A DNA stretch of 20,000 nt from an uncultured virus (IMG/VR IMGVR_UViG_3300010885_015975). Taxonomy: Duplodnaviria; Heunggongvirae; Uroviricota; Caudoviricetes. The notes under the pieces are model-generated. The model was not told the DNA's origin and did no database searches. It saw only the letters and a program-made list of their open reading frames with translations. Positions 16,994 to 20,000 of this stretch are shown here, piece after piece. A program made the translations under genes and the position numbers. Where the stretch lies: IMG/VR virus record IMGVR_UViG_3300010885_015975; one strand, 5' to 3'. Every line of letters begins with the position of its first letter. Positions within the stretch are counted from its first letter, which is position 1.

Positions 16994-18163
16994 TTATTTT
17001 ACAGCCATCTTCACCACGTTCTGATTCATCATCAATTGTGAGAACTTAGTTTTATTACCGTTAACTATCTCCTTCACCATGTAATATCTTAAATCATCAG
17101 TGAATGCTTTACAATCTGTAGTTAACTTAGCAATTCTATCAATGATAGGTTTACCAATGCTTGTTTTATCAGCTAAAGCAAGAGAATAATTTATAATCCT
17201 GGTTGCAATTACACTGGAAATATCAGCACGGAAATCATCACCTTCCCCTACTGCAGAAGTCAAAGACCCTAAAACATATATTTCATCTTTAGTTAAGATA
17301 TCTGCAGGACTAATAATTCTATCTAGTTTGTTGTTAATAAACATAGTAAACATAGAACTAAAGTCTGGACCAACTGAACCCTCACCAATCATCTGAATTA
17401 GAGGTAAGTCACTTTCAAACTTAGGAATAGAACTGATAGCATTAAAGAATGTAGTAATAGCTCTTGGATTAATTCTTTGAGTTACTAATTCTGGATGCAT
17501 CAACATAAAATTAATACATCTACCGTCAATGTTTGCACTCTCTGCCCACTTAGCCCATACTTCAGAATCATACTTTAACTCAACAGAGATAAATCTAGTC
17601 TTCTGAGCTACATCTAGACTTGTGACATTATAATCACCATTGTCTGGATTAGTAGTCAAGATAACATGCCAGTTCTTAGGTAACTTCCAAGAAACATATT
17701 CTTGTCTATCTAAGATCTCCATAGTTGCTTGCATAAATCTTTGATCAGCACGAGTGTAATCATCTAAGATTAAGAATCCACCCTCTCCTTTACCCTGAAT
17801 CCATTCAGGAGCAGCATGTGACATTCTCTTATCTACAACTTTATAACCTTTTGCACTTGCTGCAGATATCTGAGATTCATTAATCCAAGTAGTCTTACCT
17901 TCAGCATTTGCAATCTGAAATTCTTTTACAGGAAAACCTACTAGGTCACCTAATTCTTCTAACTGAGATAAATTAAGTTTTACAACTTGCATATTCATCT
18001 CTTTACCCAATTGCATAATAGCAGAAGTCTTACCAAGACCAGCATCACCCTCAATATTAATAGCCACAGGAACTTTTCCTTCAGACTGAATGTGTTGGTT
18101 ATTTCCAACCATGTGTTTAATAAATCCTTTTAATTCTTCTACATTTAATTGAACTTGACTCAT
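16994..18163 (-). CDS. MoxR-like AAA+ ATPase
   Basis: Walker A GDAGLGKT, ELGDLVGFP insert, Walker B FLILDDYTRA, sensor-1 LTTNP, Arg finger AQKTRF, NPR sensor-2; adjacent to a VWA gene. Confidence 0.9.
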   Translation of the reverse strand: MSQVQLNVEELKGFIKHMVGNNQHIQSEGKVPVAINIEGDAGLGKTSAIMQLGKEMNMQVVKLNLSQLEELGDLVGFPVKEFQIANAEGKTTWINESQISAASAKGYKVVDKRMSHAAPEWIQGKGEGGFLILDDYTRADQRFMQATMEILDRQEYVSWKLPKNWHVILTTNPDNGDYNVTSLDVAQKTRFISVELKYDSEVWAKWAESANIDGRCINFMLMHPELVTQRINPRAITTFFNAISSIPKFESDLPLIQMIGEGSVGPDFSSMFTMFINNKLDRIISPADILTKDEIYVLGSLTSAVGEGDDFRADISSVIATRIINYSLALADKTSIGKPIIDRIAKLTTDCKAFTDDLRYYMVKEIVNGNKTKFSQLMMNQNVVKMAVK

Positions 18164-18174
18164 AACTTTAATTT

Positions 18175-19485
18175 TTATAATTCTAATTTAATGACCTTTC
18201 CAGGCAAACTATCATTCATACACGATCTTTCTGACAAAACCCATAGAACGTTACCTCTAGGTTTTACATCTGTATAACATTCTCCATCAGTAAAATATAC
18301 CAAACTAGTATATTTACCCAAATGAGCATTAAAATATTCTAAGACAGGATCAAATTCTGTGCCTCCTCTGCCTTGTACACTTAGTTCATGTTTACCTTTA
18401 TAAGGTTCAATAGATCTAATCATTGTGTCACACTGAATAATGGTAATATCTACACCACATTTATAAATATGATGCATTTCTACCATAAACTCCTTTAATT
18501 CAGAATCACTTACAGAACCTGAAGTATCAATACCCAACAACATATGTTGTCTCATTTTTACTTTTAGACCTGGATTTGCATCAAATCTTTTATTTTCTTT
18601 TCGTCTAATCTTTTTAGTATAGACTTTAGTACTAACTCCTGTAAATCTTCTAATATATCCACGCCAATCAAACTTAGGTGGCACTATTTCCTCTATTACA
18701 ATAACTCCATCAATCTCACCAGGTACATTGCCTCTTTTCTTAACAGTCTGTTCCTTGGCATCTGATAAAACTTTTTGTAATTGTTTATTAATTAATTTTT
18801 GTTCAGCCTCACTAAGATTTTCAAACTCATCCCAAGTACTATGGTCAGGCAAATCATCACCGTCACCAGCATCCATTTGATCACAAAGATTATCAAAGGC
18901 TTCAGAACCACTTGTACCAGTTTGGTCTTTCTTATCTTTTGCTTCTTTAAGTTTATCATAATAGTATCTGGCACCTGCTTTTCTATCTAAATTAAGTTCA
19001 ACATAATCATCAATCATGATACCTCTTGAAGGAAGTTTCTTACTAATAGCAAGAAGATCTTCTTGAGTAGCACCATTTTCTTTAGCTGTTTCTAATTCAG
19101 CTTTAACAGACTCTTTAAGTTGTTTGAATTCATCAGAACTTAATTCACCACCTGGAAGCCAGGAAGCATCAATATACTGATTAATTTCCATATCCATAGC
19201 CACATTAGCTAATCTTCTATCACTGAACTTAAATACAGTTGTAAGATGTCCAAATGCAATATGTAATAATTCATGTTTAAGTAAACCTAATCTTTCTAAT
19301 TCAGTTAAACTTGTCCAGAACTCTTCATTTATCACTAATTGATAATTGATACCATTCTTACTAACACCTGCAGTAGGTACTTTTTTATTCCACAGCTTAT
19401 TCAACATAATAAGAAAGAACCCATAATAGGGCTCTTTCAACATTAAATCTTTGGCTGTTTTACTAAGACTCTGTGCCTTGTCCAT
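18175..19485 (-). CDS. Metallopeptidase-like (HExxH) + VWA domain protein (DUF2201-like)
   Basis: PTAGV, LLKHELLH, NVAMDMEINQ in the N-terminus; MIDAS IDTSGS, QCDT, GRGGTEF and YFTDG in the C-terminus. Confidence 0.9.
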   Translation of the reverse strand: MDKAQSLSKTAKDLMLKEPYYGFFLIMLNKLWNKKVPTAGVSKNGINYQLVINEEFWTSLTELERLGLLKHELLHIAFGHLTTVFKFSDRRLANVAMDMEINQYIDASWLPGGELSSDEFKQLKESVKAELETAKENGATQEDLLAISKKLPSRGIMIDDYVELNLDRKAGARYYYDKLKEAKDKKDQTGTSGSEAFDNLCDQMDAGDGDDLPDHSTWDEFENLSEAEQKLINKQLQKVLSDAKEQTVKKRGNVPGEIDGVIVIEEIVPPKFDWRGYIRRFTGVSTKVYTKKIRRKENKRFDANPGLKVKMRQHMLLGIDTSGSVSDSELKEFMVEMHHIYKCGVDITIIQCDTMIRSIEPYKGKHELSVQGRGGTEFDPVLEYFNAHLGKYTSLVYFTDGECYTDVKPRGNVLWVLSERSCMNDSLPGKVIKLEL

Positions 19486-19885
19486 CCTTTAGTTTTATAT
19501 TAATTTCAAATTTATCAGCTGGATATCCCATCTGACCTAGGAAGCTTATCATACTATCTGTAAATAACTCCATAAAGAGTTCAATAGCTTGATTACTTGT
19601 ATTGTTTGCAGTCATTGCAGACAAACATGATCCTGTACTTAACTCACTACCCCCATCTTTAGCAAATGGATTTAATACTTTAGCAATATGCTTATGACAT
19701 TTAGGAGCTTGTTTCTCCCAAATTCCCATATTTCTTTTACCAAACTTGTATAATACAATTAATTCTCCCGAATACTTTTTTACATCAACACCCTCAAGGG
19801 CTTGAAATGCTACTGTTGCATTTTCATCATCTGTTGAACGTAGCATGCTCAACAAGTTCTTTGTTTCTTTTTTGTCAAAAATCAT
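19463..19885 (-). CDS. 140-aa hypothetical protein, probable paralog of the central domain of the 424-aa protein
   Basis: ORF overlaps the VWA gene start by 23 nt and contains LLSMLRSTDDENATVA. Confidence 0.8.
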   Translation of the reverse strand: MIFDKKETKNLLSMLRSTDDENATVAFQALEGVDVKKYSGELIVLYKFGKRNMGIWEKQAPKCHKHIAKVLNPFAKDGGSELSTGSCLSAMTANNTSNQAIELFMELFTDSMISFLGQMGYPADKFEINIKLKDGQGTES

Positions 19886-19886
19886 A

Positions 19887-20000
19887 TTATTTATTTGTTA
19901 AAGTCCAAACTACATCTTGAATTTTTTCAACTATAGTATCTTTAAGTTCATCTGTAAGTGTTTGCAATTTTAAATTGTATATCCACTTATATAATTCTTC
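19887..20000 (-). CDS. 3' end of a hypothetical protein (5'-partial)
   Basis: Open frame from the window edge: EELYKWIYNLKLQTLTDELKDTIVEKIQDVVWTLTNK*, with the stop 1 nt before the next ATG. Confidence 0.65.
   Translation of the reverse strand, partial: EELYKWIYNLKLQTLTDELKDTIVEKIQDVVWTLTNK

Noticed and set aside
12918..18990. Short ORFs 12918-13112, 14022-14207, 18799-18990 (+) and 18792-18974 (-)
   Set aside because: They are nested in or antisense to well-supported genes, with no independent support.
1..20000. Stop-codon reassignment (TAG/TGA), known in some crAss-like phages
   Set aside because: Genes are full-length and tightly packed under code 11. TAG (10473, 19463) and TGA (15623) occur at plausible gene ends, including a TAG-TGA-TGA run after the DUF932-like gene.
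1..20000. tRNA, rRNA, integrase or transposase genes
   Set aside because: Intergenic gaps are all under 100 nt and explained by terminators or micro-ORFs; no such motifs seen.

Overview
This AT-rich window looks like part of a crAss-like (Crassvirales/phi14:2-type) dsDNA phage genome with a probable Bacteroidota host; that assignment is inferred from motifs, not from a database search. The + strand (1-9111) carries the C-terminal ~1007 aa of a giant protein with virion RNA polymerase-type motifs, then a 1979-aa probable ejection protein (zincin HExxH, an inserted LysM domain, C-terminal hydrophobic helices), then an uncalled 47-aa basic ORF. It converges at a bidirectional terminator (~9117-9150) with a - strand replication/early block. 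That block encodes a metallopeptidase-VWA protein, a MoxR-like AAA+ ATPase, two apparently paralogous proteins flanking that pair, a PD-(D/E)XK nuclease, a family B DNA polymerase, a DUF932-like protein, a MazG-like pyrophosphatase, a 2OG-Fe(II) oxygenase and small ORFs. The most striking signal is that ~2990 aa of the two giant proteins contain only two cysteines, facing each other across the gene junction (...PFKCS-stop / MVC...), which suggests head-to-tail disulfide chaining of ejected proteins. Other notable signals are the LysM insertion, a perfect beta-clamp motif (QLSLF) ending PolB, and a shared uncharacterised domain flanking the AAA+/VWA pair.
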